A DNA stretch of 63,008 nucleotides, filler included, from Stramenopiles sp. TOSAG23-6 (taxonomy: Eukaryota), in assembly GCA_900128565.1 (NCBI GenBank). It is 50 parts of 50 records of this genome, joined end to end, with 100 filler letters (N's around TTAATTAATTAA, not from the genome) between each part and the next. Parts side by side here need not be neighbours in the genome. Positions count along the whole stretch, not along the records: positions 61,857 to 63,008 come from LT639589.1; 49 more parts are not named here. One strand, given 5' to 3'. Position 1 is the stretch's first letter, and every line of letters starts with the position of its first letter. This document shows positions 62,038-63,008 of this stretch, one piece after another. The position numbers and the translations under genes are program-made. The notes under the pieces were generated by a model. That model ran no database searches. It was not told where the DNA came from and was given only the letters and a program-made list of their open reading frames with translations.

Positions 62038-62949
62038 TTAAAATTGTTGTTCTGGAAGACCACTGTGAAAATTAAACATAATTACTTTCCCATTATCAAC
62101 AACTGCCCAAAGCAAAGAAACAGAATCAACAGTTTCTGATGCTGCTAGTGCTGCATTTATACAATCAGGTGTTGGTGGTGAGGAGGTAAAATCACAGATA
62201 AATACACGAAAATTCGGAGGGTAATTCTTATCAATAATGACAGACTCATTAGCATTAGAGTTAGGAACAGACTCATGGCTTACACTTTCTTTTACTTTTG
62301 TTTCCATGACGTCATTGTTTATTAAATTTTGAGTTTCTCCAGCCATAGGTTTTGACACAATATTTTTCTTCGTACACAAATATTCAGAATTACCATCAAC
62401 TTCAGTTTGTGAATTCGTACAATGTTGTTGTCTTACTTCGAGACCATACCGTTTATTAAATCTAGTATTAGGCATCCACACATCAAATGCACACCACTTT
62501 TCTAACCATGAAACCGGTGAATTAGCCTTGATAGATACAATTCTAGGCGAAGTTGAGGTTAACTCAAATGCTTTCTTACACTGTAACACAACGGGAGGAC
62601 TATTTCGATACCGCCTAACCGTGTATCCAGCATTACGTAGATGAGAGTAGACTAATTGACACTGCATAGACACTGCATATGGAGTCAAAAGGGGACCATA
62701 TATAAAATGTTCGTATCCCCAACGAACGTCTAACTCTTCTCTTTCTTCATCCATGTTTCCTTCCGCTATGTTAGGTTTAATATATAGTCGGAGTTTTCCA
62801 AGATTCATCAGAAAAAGGGCTTCCTCTGGGTATAGGAAATGCAAAGCACTATGATGGAATCCAAGAGACCGAAGATATCGACCGCGTTGAGTCGTGACCT
62901 GTATGGTGTTATTGATTGTATCCCAAGAAGCTTCACATACTTTTACCAT
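62038..62949 (-). CDS. TSEN54: tRNA-splicing endonuclease subunit Sen54, intronless
   Basis: RGRYLRSLG...LYPEEALFL...VYSHLRNAGYTVRR...FDVW.P...F.K...PPNFRV...AVVDNG. Confidence 0.85.
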   Translation of the reverse strand: MVKVCEASWDTINNTIQVTTQRGRYLRSLGFHHSALHFLYPEEALFLMNLGKLRLYIKPNIAEGNMDEEREELDVRWGYEHFIYGPLLTPYAVSMQCQLVYSHLRNAGYTVRRYRNSPPVVLQCKKAFELTSTSPRIVSIKANSPVSWLEKWCAFDVWMPNTRFNKRYGLEVRQQHCTNSQTEVDGNSEYLCTKKNIVSKPMAGETQNLINNDVMETKVKESVSHESVPNSNANESVIIDKNYPPNFRVFICDFTSSPPTPDCINAALAASETVDSVSLLWAVVDNGKVIMFNFHSGLPEQQF

Positions 62950-63008
62950 ATTGATATAAAGCAGTGAAACTAAAACTATATAAAGCAGTGAAACTAAAAC
63001 TATATAAA

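Overview
This window is not a contiguous locus. It is 50 unrelated contigs of about 1.15-1.17 kb, sorted by decreasing length and joined by an artificial N-TTAATTAATTAA-N spacer. They come from an AT-rich microbial eukaryote with TTAGGG-type repeats. Amplification and assembly artefacts are present: an inverted chimera, an Illumina adapter and one exactly duplicated contig. Recognisable gene fragments include UFM1, CIAO2B, inositol dehydrogenase, oligopeptidase A, a GT10 fucosyltransferase, VPS13, a LIG6-like ligase, PhoD, Nup62, ERCC1, CRY-DASH, IDO, MER3/HFM1, Bud32, organellar RNA polymerase and two TSEN54 homologues. The main signal is a high-copy family of ~90-200 nt repeated introns (introner-like). 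Their consensus is GTAYGTTTT...TTTCGTACGAAATTTTGTACCTAAC...TTTTGAAATATTTTTCCAAAATAC-AT. They interrupt conserved protein motifs, and the motifs are restored only if the insert is removed with a non-canonical 3' end. About 30 of ~35 copies I delimited by hand read GT...AT; one intact copy reads GT...TT and one GT...GT. The last two intron bases usually duplicate the last two exon bases, and the ends are imperfect inverted repeats. This suggests a MITE-like element with a 2-bp target duplication, spliced without an AG acceptor. A second pervasive signal is (CCCTAA)n telomere-like tracts in frame inside exons, read as Asn-Pro repeats. Splicing is inferred from protein conservation only; no RNA evidence is available.
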